Positions 18,920-31,204 of a stretch of DNA of 64,000 nucleotides are shown here, one piece after another; the first letter of the stretch is position 1, and each line of letters begins with the position of its first letter. The notes below the pieces were generated by a model that worked only from the letters and a program-made list of their open reading frames with translations, was not told the DNA's origin and did no database searches. The stretch covers positions 91-64,090 of the forward strand of contig JAHFDK010000012.1 in NCBI GenBank assembly GCA_023249095.1, read 5' to 3'. The translations under genes were made by a program, and so were the position numbers. Source of the DNA: Candidatus Rokuibacteriota bacterium (GTDB taxonomy: Bacteria; Methylomirabilota; Methylomirabilia; Rokubacteriales; CSP1-6).

Positions 18920-21271
18920 GTGCGGCTTCTCGTTCTCGATCGGTACATCGTGCGCGAGCTCGTCTCACCGCTCGCGTTCGGCTGCGCGCTCCTCACGTTT
19001 TTCCTCGTCATTGACCGGATCTACCAGCTGACCGACCTCGTCATCACGAAAGGTGTGCCCTTCTATCTCGTCGTCCAGCTCCTCGTCTTCATGCTGCCGT
19101 CGTTCCTGGCTCACACGCTCCCGATGGCCCTCTTGTCCGCGGTGCTCCTCGCCGGAGGCCGGCTGGCGAGCGACTTCGAGATCGTCGCCTTCCGGGCCGC
19201 CGGGGTTAGCGCGCTGCGGCTCTTCCGTCCAGTCCTGCTGGCCTCGATCGTCGTCGCGCTGGCCACCGCCGGGCTCACGCTTGCCCTGAACCCCGTGGCG
19301 AACCTCGAGTTCCAACGCCAGCTCTTCCGGATCCTCCAGGCGCGAGCGGCGAGCGGCCTCCAGGAGCGCGTGTTCCTCGGGGTGTTCGGTGACCTGACGA
19401 TCTACGTCGAGGACGTCAGCACCTCTCAGGTCGCGCTGCACGGGCTCATCGTTTCCGACGAGCGCGACGCGACGCTCTCGCGGATCATCACCGCGCGCGA
19501 AGGCCGCCTGCTCACCGACGAGGTGAACCAGCGGATCACGCTCCGCCTGGTGAAGGGCGCCGTGAATGAGGCTGACGTCGTGCCTGTCGACGCGTCGAGG
19601 GACCAGCCATCGCCGACGGCGCGGGCGAGCGGCGCGTCCCGCTATCGATATACGCGCTTCGATATCTACGATATGAGCCTGTCCATGACGTCGCCGGTGA
19701 AGGGCGCGCCGCGGGTCGAGAAGCCGGAAAAGGACCTCACCCTGCGCGAGCTCGATCGGAAGATCGCCGAGTATCGACACGATCCGACCAGCCGACGGCC
19801 ATTTCAGGTCGAGCGCCACAAGCGCTACGCGCTGCCGCTCGCGGCGCTCGTCTTCGGTCTCATCGGGTTTCCGCTCGCCGTCCGCTCCCACCGTGGCGGC
19901 CGGAGTATCGCGTTCATCGGCAGCCTGGTGATCCTGGTCACCTACTATCTGGTGATGACGTCGCTCGAGGGGGCTGCCCTCCGCGGGCAGATTCCCCCGG
20001 CCGTCGCGATCTGGACGCCGAACGTCCTGTTCGGCGTCGTCGGCCTCGGGTTCCTCGTGGCGACCGCGCGCGAGTGGAAGTGGCCTGCGATGCCGCTCGT
20101 GTGGCGCGCGCTTGAGGCCCTGAGGCGCGCCGTCCCCGCGCGCGGCGTGAGGCGCGTCCGGGGGCCTGGACCAGGGGCGGCGCGCGACTCGACGCACATC
20201 ATCGACCGCTACCTCGTGCGCGAGTACCTGGCGTTCATGGGGGTCGGACTCGCGGTGGCGGCGACCCTGTTCATCATGATCGATCTCCTGCAGACCCTGG
20301 ACAGGTACCTCCGGGTGAAGCCGCCTCTCGTGTACATCTTGGAGCACTTCGTCTACCGGCTGCCGGCGGGGCTACATACCTACCTGCCGGTCGTCATGCT
20401 CGTCGCGACGATCTTCCGCTTCCTGACGCTCAGCCGTAATCACGAGCTGACCGCGCTCAAGGCCGCCGGCATCAGCCTCTACCGGGTGAGCGCGCCGATC
20501 CTGGGCCTCGGGCTGGCCGTCGCCATCGGGGCCGGGCTCTTTCAAGAGCTCGCGCTGCCCGCCCTCAACGAGCGGGGGGACGAAGTTGACCGGGTCAAGA
20601 TCCGTGGCCTCGCCCCCCGTCATCTCCAGTCGCGCCAGCGCCTCTGGGTGCGCAGCTCAGACTCGCGCTTCTACCGCGTCGAGCTGCTCCACCCGGGGAC
20701 GAACGACATGTTCGGGGTGACCATTCTCGAAGTGGACCACGACTTCCGGCTCGTCGGTCGGCTGGACGCGCGGCGCGCGCACTGGACGCCGGCCGGCTGG
20801 GAGCTGAGCGACGGCGCGTACCGGGAGATCGGCGCCGATGGCACGGTGCAGACGGTGCCATTTCTCCGGACGGCGCTGGACCTGACGGAGGACATGGAGG
20901 ACTTCATCCGCATCCAGAAGCCTGTCAATGCGATGAGCTTCCGGGAGCTCAAGGACTACATCGCCCGGCTCGAGGCGGCCGGCTTCAAGGTCCGCAAACA
21001 TCTCGTCGAGCTCTACGCCAAGCTGTCGTTCCCGCTCGTCAATCTGGTCATGGTGCTCGTCGCCATCCCCTTCGCGCTCCAGTCGCCGCGCGGGGGTCGT
21101 CTCTACGGGATCGGTCTCGCGCTTGCCATCATGGCGGGCTATCTGGTCGTCCACTACGTCGCGCTCGCGTTCGCACGGGCCGACTTCCTACCGCCCCTGA
21201 TTGCCGCGTGGACGGCGAACGTCATCTTCATGGGGATCGGCGTTTCCCTCCTGCTCCGCGCGCGCACCTGA
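18920..21271 (+). CDS. lptFG: Fused LptF-LptG LPS export permease (two YjgP/YjgQ domains in one ORF)
   Basis: 783 aa with a GTG start. Domain 1 begins MRLLVLDRYIVRELVSPLAFG. Domain 2 begins ..STHIIDRYLVREYLAFMG at about aa 425. There is no stop between them. The Arg-rich linker is at about nt 20075-20191. Confidence 0.8.
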   Translation: MRLLVLDRYIVRELVSPLAFGCALLTFFLVIDRIYQLTDLVITKGVPFYLVVQLLVFMLPSFLAHTLPMALLSAVLLAGGRLASDFEIVAFRAAGVSALRLFRPVLLASIVVALATAGLTLALNPVANLEFQRQLFRILQARAASGLQERVFLGVFGDLTIYVEDVSTSQVALHGLIVSDERDATLSRIITAREGRLLTDEVNQRITLRLVKGAVNEADVVPVDASRDQPSPTARASGASRYRYTRFDIYDMSLSMTSPVKGAPRVEKPEKDLTLRELDRKIAEYRHDPTSRRPFQVERHKRYALPLAALVFGLIGFPLAVRSHRGGRSIAFIGSLVILVTYYLVMTSLEGAALRGQIPPAVAIWTPNVLFGVVGLGFLVATAREWKWPAMPLVWRALEALRRAVPARGVRRVRGPGPGAARDSTHIIDRYLVREYLAFMGVGLAVAATLFIMIDLLQTLDRYLRVKPPLVYILEHFVYRLPAGLHTYLPVVMLVATIFRFLTLSRNHELTALKAAGISLYRVSAPILGLGLAVAIGAGLFQELALPALNERGDEVDRVKIRGLAPRHLQSRQRLWVRSSDSRFYRVELLHPGTNDMFGVTILEVDHDFRLVGRLDARRAHWTPAGWELSDGAYREIGADGTVQTVPFLRTALDLTEDMEDFIRIQKPVNAMSFRELKDYIARLEAAGFKVRKHLVELYAKLSFPLVNLVMVLVAIPFALQSPRGGRLYGIGLALAIMAGYLVVHYVALAFARADFLPPLIAAWTANVIFMGIGVSLLLRART

Positions 21272-21439
21272 GTGACGGCGTTCACGCGATCCACGCGAGC
21301 GGATCCTCGTCGCGGCTCGGCACGTGACCCTCGATGAGCGGCGGCTCGGTGTATCATCCCGTCAGGGAGGTCCCGTGGACGGCAACAGTCATCGCAGCCC
21401 CGCGGAGGACTCCCGCGATTTCACCTTTGCCAACGCCTC

Positions 21440-22126
21440 GTGGCCGCGAAAAGGGAACGTCCCATATCACTGCGCGCGCTGATCCAGCGGCCGATGCCCG
21501 TGACGGCGCCGCTGGTCCTCAATCCGTTGATGGCCCGCATGGCCGAGGCGGCGGGCTTCCCGGCGGGCTATCTCGGCGGCGGCTCGACCGGCTACCAGAA
21601 GGTCGCGCTCGAGGCGAATCTGAACGTGACCGAGATGATGGCGGCCAAGGTGAAAGAGGCCGTGGCAGCCCGGCGTAACCCGGATTTCCTGATCGTCGCG
21701 CGCACGAACGCGATTCGGGCGAGCAGCATGGACGATGCCTTGCGCCGCGGCGACGCGTACCGCAAGGCCGGCGCCGACCCGCTGCTGCTCTCGATGGCGC
21801 ACAAGCCGGAGCAGCTGCGGGCGATCGGCGAGCGGCTCGGCGGACCGTTGATGTACCTCGCTGGGCGCGGTGGGCTCGCGGGCCTGGGCCTCACGCTGGC
21901 GGATCTCGGCAGCCTCGGTTACAAGATCGTCGCCGATCCCTCCACCCCGCTGCTGGCCGCGTATGTGGCGTGGAAAAAGGTCTACGCGGAGCTGGCCGAC
22001 GGGTTCGGCGCCAACGTGAGGACGAAACCGGACTGGAGCCCGGTGGAGAAGGACATGTTGGCCGTCATCGATCTCGAGAAACTCCTGGCGATCGAGCGCG
22101 CGACCGTCGAGGACGGCACGCGATGA
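21440..22126 (+). CDS. Isocitrate lyase/PEP mutase-family protein lacking the catalytic core (possible pseudo-enzyme)
   Basis: 228 aa. The flanks match the family (AGFPAGYLGGGSTGY; NPDFLIVARTNA; YRKAGADPLLL). The DxDxG metal site, the EDQ motif and the catalytic loop are absent. Confidence 0.6.
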   Translation: MAAKRERPISLRALIQRPMPVTAPLVLNPLMARMAEAAGFPAGYLGGGSTGYQKVALEANLNVTEMMAAKVKEAVAARRNPDFLIVARTNAIRASSMDDALRRGDAYRKAGADPLLLSMAHKPEQLRAIGERLGGPLMYLAGRGGLAGLGLTLADLGSLGYKIVADPSTPLLAAYVAWKKVYAELADGFGANVRTKPDWSPVEKDMLAVIDLEKLLAIERATVEDGTR

Positions 22127-22156
22127 CGGCTGTGAGGACGACGAGGGGGTAAGGCG

Positions 22157-23464
22157 ATGCTCTCGAGAGAAGACAACGAGCTCATGTGCCGCGTGGGACG
22201 CGGCACGCCCATGGGTGAGCTGCTGCGCCAGTACTGGCTGCCGTGTCTGCCCTCGAGGGAGCTGCCGGCGCTCGATGGCCCGCCGAAGAAGGTCCGTCTG
22301 CTCGGCGAAGACCTCGTCGCCTTTCGCGACACGCAGGGCCAGGTCGGGCTGCTCTCGGCCAACTGCCCTCATCGCGGCGCCTCGCTCTTCTTCGGCCGGA
22401 ACGAGGCGTGCGGGCTCCGCTGTGTATACCACGGCTGGAAGTTCGACGTGACGGGCCGGTGCGTCGACATGCCGAACGAGCCGGACGCGAGCCCCTTCAA
22501 GGACAAGGTGCGCGCCCGCGCCTACCCTTGCCGAGACGTGAACGGCGTGATCTGGACCTACATGGGCCCGCGCCCGGCGGCGCCGCCGTTCCCAGCGTTC
22601 GAGATCAACACGCTGCCGCCCGAGCACGTCTACCCGCCGCTGGTCATGCTGGAGGAGTGCAACTGGGTGCAAGCGCTCGAGGGCGACATCGACTCCTCCC
22701 ACATCGACTACGTCCACGCCAAGCTCCGGCTCGACGGTAAGCAACGCGGCACCTTCCACCGGGACAAGCGGCCGCGGCTCGAGCTGCTGCCGACGGACTA
22801 CGGCGCCTGCTACTCGGCCCGGCGGCGCTGGGACGTCGACGGCCTCTACTGGCATCGGATCACCCAGTTCATCGTGCCCTTCTTCTCGATGATCGCCGCC
22901 AGCGACCCCAATCTCGTCTCGGCGCGCGCGTGGGTCCCCTTGGACGACCACTACAATCTCCAGATCATGATGCGCGGGCGGCTGGACCGGCCGGTGACGG
23001 AGCAGGAGCGGGAGCAGGTGCGCAACCCGTTCGCCGCCTGGGGCGGATACCTCGAGCCGACCAGCGATGCGCTCACGCGTCACTACACGAAGGCGAATAT
23101 CCACAACGACTACCTGGTCGACCACCGGCTCGCGAAGAGCGAGCTCATGATCGGCATTCCCTTCCTGGTCAATCTCCAAGATCGGGCGATGACGGAGACG
23201 ATGGGCCCGATCTACGACCGGACCCAGGAGCACCTCGGGACGACCGACGCGATGGTCATCTACGTGCGGCAGCGGCTGATCGACGCGGCCAGGGCGCTCC
23301 GCGACGAGAGCGTGGTGCCGGCGAACGTCGACGACCCGACCCTGTGCCGCGTGCGTCCGGCCTCCATCTTGCTGCCCGAGGGCGACAGCTGGATCACGGC
23401 GACGGAGAAGGCGCGCCAGTCGGACGCGGGCGTGCCCATCGCCTGGGTGCCGTTCGCCCCGTGA
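22157..23464 (+). CDS. Rieske [2Fe-2S] aromatic-ring-hydroxylating oxygenase, alpha subunit (phthalate-family type)
   Basis: 435 aa. Rieske motif CPHRGASL...CVYHGWKF and mononuclear Fe motif EGDIDSSHIDYVHA. Confidence 0.85.
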   Translation: MLSREDNELMCRVGRGTPMGELLRQYWLPCLPSRELPALDGPPKKVRLLGEDLVAFRDTQGQVGLLSANCPHRGASLFFGRNEACGLRCVYHGWKFDVTGRCVDMPNEPDASPFKDKVRARAYPCRDVNGVIWTYMGPRPAAPPFPAFEINTLPPEHVYPPLVMLEECNWVQALEGDIDSSHIDYVHAKLRLDGKQRGTFHRDKRPRLELLPTDYGACYSARRRWDVDGLYWHRITQFIVPFFSMIAASDPNLVSARAWVPLDDHYNLQIMMRGRLDRPVTEQEREQVRNPFAAWGGYLEPTSDALTRHYTKANIHNDYLVDHRLAKSELMIGIPFLVNLQDRAMTETMGPIYDRTQEHLGTTDAMVIYVRQRLIDAARALRDESVVPANVDDPTLCRVRPASILLPEGDSWITATEKARQSDAGVPIAWVPFAP

Positions 23465-23733
23465 GCGCGGTGCCGCCCGCCCCCGCCCCGGGCCTCGCGT
23501 ATTACGAGGCCGTGCCCTATCTGCTCGTGGTCGAGTCGGTCGAGCGCGGCGGTGAGTGGCTGCGGCGCGCGTCGTATCCGGAGCTACCCGGCTGCGTCGC
23601 CGAGGCAGCCTCGGCCGTGGAGGCCATGGAGAAGCTTGAGCAGGCGCGGCTCCGCCTGCTGCGGCAGTTGTGGGACCGCGGCGCGCCGATCCCCGTCCCC
23701 CGCCCGCCGCTGCGGGGCGCGGTGACGGGCTAG
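23461..23733 (+). CDS. HicB-like (UPF0150/antitoxin-fold) small protein
   Basis: GTG at 23461 overlaps the Rieske stop (GTGA). 90 aa: ..YEAVPYLLVVESVERGGEWLRRASYPELPGCVAEAASAVEAMEKLEQARLRLL...GAPIPVP. It has no DNA-binding C-terminal domain, and no hicA gene is nearby. Confidence 0.55.
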   Translation: MSAVPPAPAPGLAYYEAVPYLLVVESVERGGEWLRRASYPELPGCVAEAASAVEAMEKLEQARLRLLRQLWDRGAPIPVPRPPLRGAVTG

Positions 23734-24731
23734 TATCCCTGCGCGCGGTCCACCAGGTTCAGGAGCGGCGCGCCGTCCAGGTACCGCCGCAGGTTCTCGA
23801 CGAAGAGGGTGCAGCAGTCGTCGTCGTAGCTCGCGACGAAGCCCGAGACGTGCGGTGAGACGATGACGTTGTCGACCTTGTACAGCGGGTGCCCGGCCGG
23901 CGGCGGCTCCTGCGCGAAGACGTCGACCGCCGCGCCGGCGATGCGCCGCTCCGCCAGCGCCTGCGCGAGCGCCATCTCGTCGACGCTGGCGCCGCGCCCC
24001 ACGTTGATGAAGTAGGCCGTCGGCTTCATGGCACGAAGCTCGCGCGCGCCGATCATATGGTGCGTCTCGCGCGTGAGCGGCGCGCACATCACGACGACGT
24101 CTGATCGGGCGAGCAGCTCCGACACGCGCTCGGGCGAAAACCACTCGTCCGGCAGGACGCCTTCAGGATCGCCCGTGCCGGGCGGGCAGTATCCGGGATC
24201 GGCGCGGCGCGCGGGCTCCCGCTTGCACGCCAGCACGCTCATCGCAAAGGCGGTCCTGGCGATGCGGGCGAGCTCGCGTCCGATGCTGCCGTAGCCGATC
24301 ACGCCGAGAGTCGCGCCCCGCACCGCCGTCGGCACGAACAGCGGCCACCGCTGCTCGTCGGGCGGCCAGGTGCCCCTCCCCCGCCATTCCACCATCCGCG
24401 GCAGGCGATGCGCCAGCCCCAGGAGGGCCGTGATCGCGTACTCGGCGACCGTCGCCGCGTGCACGCCGCTCGCGGTGGTGAGCGCGATCGCGCTGTTCGC
24501 GTAGATCGGGTGATCGTAGAGCGCGTTCACGCCCGCCATGTGCACCTGCACCCACTTGAGATTGGGCGCGCGGGACGGATCGCGCGGGAGACTTCCCGCG
24601 TAGAGAACGTCCGTGGGCGCGTAGTCGGCGGTCTCCGGATCGCCTTGCGTCACGGTGAGGCGTGACGAGACCTGGCGCAGCCGGTCCAGCTGAGCCTCAT
24701 CGAAGGGCGTCGTCACAAGCACGTTTGGCAT
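23730..24731 (-). CDS. D-2-hydroxyacid dehydrogenase family (NAD-binding)
   Basis: 333 aa. Has GVIGYGSIGRELARIA (Rossmann) and a conserved ..SPHVSG.. catalytic His region. Confidence 0.85.
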   Translation of the reverse strand: MPNVLVTTPFDEAQLDRLRQVSSRLTVTQGDPETADYAPTDVLYAGSLPRDPSRAPNLKWVQVHMAGVNALYDHPIYANSAIALTTASGVHAATVAEYAITALLGLAHRLPRMVEWRGRGTWPPDEQRWPLFVPTAVRGATLGVIGYGSIGRELARIARTAFAMSVLACKREPARRADPGYCPPGTGDPEGVLPDEWFSPERVSELLARSDVVVMCAPLTRETHHMIGARELRAMKPTAYFINVGRGASVDEMALAQALAERRIAGAAVDVFAQEPPPAGHPLYKVDNVIVSPHVSGFVASYDDDCCTLFVENLRRYLDGAPLLNLVDRAQGY

Positions 24732-24867
24732 AAGGTCGCGGCCGCGCGCCGTCGCGCGATGCTCGCCCCGCTAGGGTTGGTCGAAGAGCTTGACCGCCAG
24801 CGCCCCGTGCGTCACGGCCGGGCGTGGCGGTGGACGCCGAGGCAGGACGGGCACTCTGTCCAGTCCT

Positions 24868-27573
24868 TCACTTCGACTGCGTGAGGGCGCGGAGCGCCTC
24901 TTCGAGGCGCTTCTGCTCGGTTCCGTAGGCCGCCCAGTCGCTGCGGCGTAGCGCGTCCTGCGCTCGCGTCCAGCTCTCCCAGGCGCGCTGGACGAGCTGT
25001 CTCACGCCGGTGGCGCCGTCGCTCGGCGCCCCGGCCGCCGACGGCGCGGCGGCAGTCACGCTTGGGCGGCCGCCGAAGATGCGGGAGAGCGATTGCTCGA
25101 GCGTCGGCTCCATCGCGATCTGGTTGCCGTACGCGACGATCACCCGCCGCAGCTCGGGCAGCGCCCCCTGCTCGGAGGCGGCGAGGTACAGGGGCTGGAC
25201 GTAGATCAGCGACTGGTCGATGGGGATCGCCAGCAGCGAGCCGCGGATCACCGTCGAGCCGCGCTGGCCCCAGAGCGCGAGCTGCTGGGCGATGATGGGA
25301 TCCTGGTCGATCCGGGCGTCGATCTGCCGCGGTCCGTAGACGAGCTTCTGCTTGGGAAAGTTGAAGACGATCAGGCTGCCGTAGTTCGGCGGATCGGAGC
25401 GGGCGGCCATCCACGCGATCATGTTGTCGCGTCGCGCCGGATTGAAGAGCGTGAGCAGGATGAACTCCTCCTTCTGCTCACCCGGCGGCCGCATGATCGT
25501 GTAGTAGGGCTCCATGTCGCGGTCGCGACCCTCGATCGCCCGTCGCGGCACGGCCCAGAGGTCTTCCTTGTTGTAGAAGACCTGGGGATCGAGCATGTGG
25601 TAGGTCGCGTACTTCCGCGCCTGGATGGCGAAGAAGTCCTCGGGGTAGCGGATGTGGCGCCGGAGCCCCTCGGGCATCTTGTCCAGCGGCTTGAGGAGCC
25701 CGGGAAAGGCGCTGCCGTACGCGCGGACGATGGGGTCGGTCTCGTCGGCACGATAGAAGATCACCGTGCCGTCGTAGGCGTCGATCGTGACCTTCACCGA
25801 GTTCCGGATGTAGTTGCCGACGCCGGGGACGGGATCCGAGTAGGGATACCGGCTGGTCGTCGTGTAGCCGTCCAGCATCCAGATCAGGCGTCCGTCGTCG
25901 TCGACGACCATGTACGGGTCGCGGTCAAATCTGAAAAACGGGGCGATCTGCCGAACGCGCTGGACGACCGTCCGGTGGATCATGATCCGGCTCTGGTCGG
26001 TGAGGTCGTTGGACAGGAGCATCTTGATCTCACCGAACCGCACGGCGAACAGGACCTTGCGGAGGAACGACGAGAGCGGGATGCCGCCGGCGCCGGTGTA
26101 GGTCGTGTAGACGTTCTGGTCGCCCGAGGGATAGTCGAGCTCCTGCGACTTCGTTTTCACCAGGACGTACTCGTTCGAGACCTCTCCGTAGTAGATCTGC
26201 GGTCGCGTGATCTTCGGGAAGCCACCCGTCGACTGGGGCGGGATGTCCTTGACCAGGAACTCCGGCAACCCTTCGGCGGTGATGCGGTTGACGGGCCCGA
26301 CCACGGCGCCGTAGCCGTGGGTGAACGTCAGGTGCTCGTTGATCCAGATCCGGGACTGGAGGTGCTGGTACGAGAGCTCGCGCGGCGACAGCATGAGCTG
26401 GCGGTACTCGCCGTTCACGACGTAGCGGTCGTTGTCCACGTCCATGAACTTGTAGTAGGTCCGGATCTCCTGGAGCTGCGCGAACGTACGCAGAAGGGGG
26501 CGGTAGTCCCACAGGCGGATGTTCTTGATCGTCGCCGAGTTGCGCTCGAGCGCCCGCGCGTCCAGGGTCTCGTCGGCGGGGAATTCGCGCTCGACGATGC
26601 GGTCGAGCCCGTACGCCTGGCGGGTCATGCGGATGTTGTGTTCGATGAACGGGCGCTCGGCCGCGAGCTCGTTGGGCGTGACCCGCAGGCGCTGCAGCAA
26701 CGCCGGGTAGACGCCGAGGCCCACCACCCACACCAGGACCAGGGCGATCAGGCCGCCGGCGACCAGCCGCAGGCCCGACCGGGCGATCTGGGCGACGCAC
26801 GCGACGGCGCAGAGCACCGCGAACACGGCGAGGGCCCCGAGCACGGGCAGCGACGCGTAGATGTCGGTGTACGCGGCCCCAAACACGATGCCGCGCGGCG
26901 AGAAGACCAGCTCGAACCGATCGAGCCAGAACCCGACGGCTTTGAGGGCGAGTGCCAGGGCCCCGAGGAGGAGGAGGTGCGTGCGCGCACCGGCCGCCAG
27001 CCGTGGGCCGCGGCTCGTCAGCACGAGGCTCCGCTGGAGCACGTCGACGGCGAGCGTCAGCACGATCGTGCTGGTGACGAGGGTGATGGCCCAACCGTAC
27101 ACGAGCTGCCAGAGCGGCAGGACGAAGACGAAGAAGCTGAGGTCGCGGCCGAAGAGCGGATCGGTGACGCCGAACGGCGTCGCGTTGAAGTAGCCCAGCA
27201 CCGTCTCCCAGTGGACGGTGGCCCGCATTCCGGAGGCCAGCGCGATCAGCACCAGCACGATCGGCAGGAAGCGGCGGATCAGCGGCTCGATGATCACGCG
27301 GCTGGGCAGCCCGAGCTGGTCTTCGAGCTCCCAGATGACGTCAGGCGCCGCCGTGCGGGCCGCGAACGTCAGGTTGGCGTAGAGGAAGACGAGCACGGCG
27401 ATGGCCAGCGCGGCGAAGAGCGATCCGCGGATCGAGAGCGTCTTCACGAAGACGTCCCTGTAGCCGACCTCGCCGAACCAGAGCCAGTCGGTGTACAGCG
27501 GCACGACCTGGGCGACCAGGCCGAGCACCAGGAGCACGAGGAGCAGCAGCACGACGGGCGGCGGGCGGTTCAC
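24868..27573 (-). CDS. UPF0182 family membrane protein
   Basis: 901 aa. Multi-TM N-terminus with YTDWLWFGEVGY and a large extracytoplasmic C-terminal region, typical of UPF0182. Confidence 0.8.
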   Translation of the reverse strand: MNRPPPVVLLLLVLLVLGLVAQVVPLYTDWLWFGEVGYRDVFVKTLSIRGSLFAALAIAVLVFLYANLTFAARTAAPDVIWELEDQLGLPSRVIIEPLIRRFLPIVLVLIALASGMRATVHWETVLGYFNATPFGVTDPLFGRDLSFFVFVLPLWQLVYGWAITLVTSTIVLTLAVDVLQRSLVLTSRGPRLAAGARTHLLLLGALALALKAVGFWLDRFELVFSPRGIVFGAAYTDIYASLPVLGALAVFAVLCAVACVAQIARSGLRLVAGGLIALVLVWVVGLGVYPALLQRLRVTPNELAAERPFIEHNIRMTRQAYGLDRIVEREFPADETLDARALERNSATIKNIRLWDYRPLLRTFAQLQEIRTYYKFMDVDNDRYVVNGEYRQLMLSPRELSYQHLQSRIWINEHLTFTHGYGAVVGPVNRITAEGLPEFLVKDIPPQSTGGFPKITRPQIYYGEVSNEYVLVKTKSQELDYPSGDQNVYTTYTGAGGIPLSSFLRKVLFAVRFGEIKMLLSNDLTDQSRIMIHRTVVQRVRQIAPFFRFDRDPYMVVDDDGRLIWMLDGYTTTSRYPYSDPVPGVGNYIRNSVKVTIDAYDGTVIFYRADETDPIVRAYGSAFPGLLKPLDKMPEGLRRHIRYPEDFFAIQARKYATYHMLDPQVFYNKEDLWAVPRRAIEGRDRDMEPYYTIMRPPGEQKEEFILLTLFNPARRDNMIAWMAARSDPPNYGSLIVFNFPKQKLVYGPRQIDARIDQDPIIAQQLALWGQRGSTVIRGSLLAIPIDQSLIYVQPLYLAASEQGALPELRRVIVAYGNQIAMEPTLEQSLSRIFGGRPSVTAAAPSAAGAPSDGATGVRQLVQRAWESWTRAQDALRRSDWAAYGTEQKRLEEALRALTQSK

Positions 27574-27591
27574 GATGTCGGCGGGGCGCGG

Positions 27592-31200
<3,609 letters not shown>

Positions 31201-31204
<4 letters not shown>

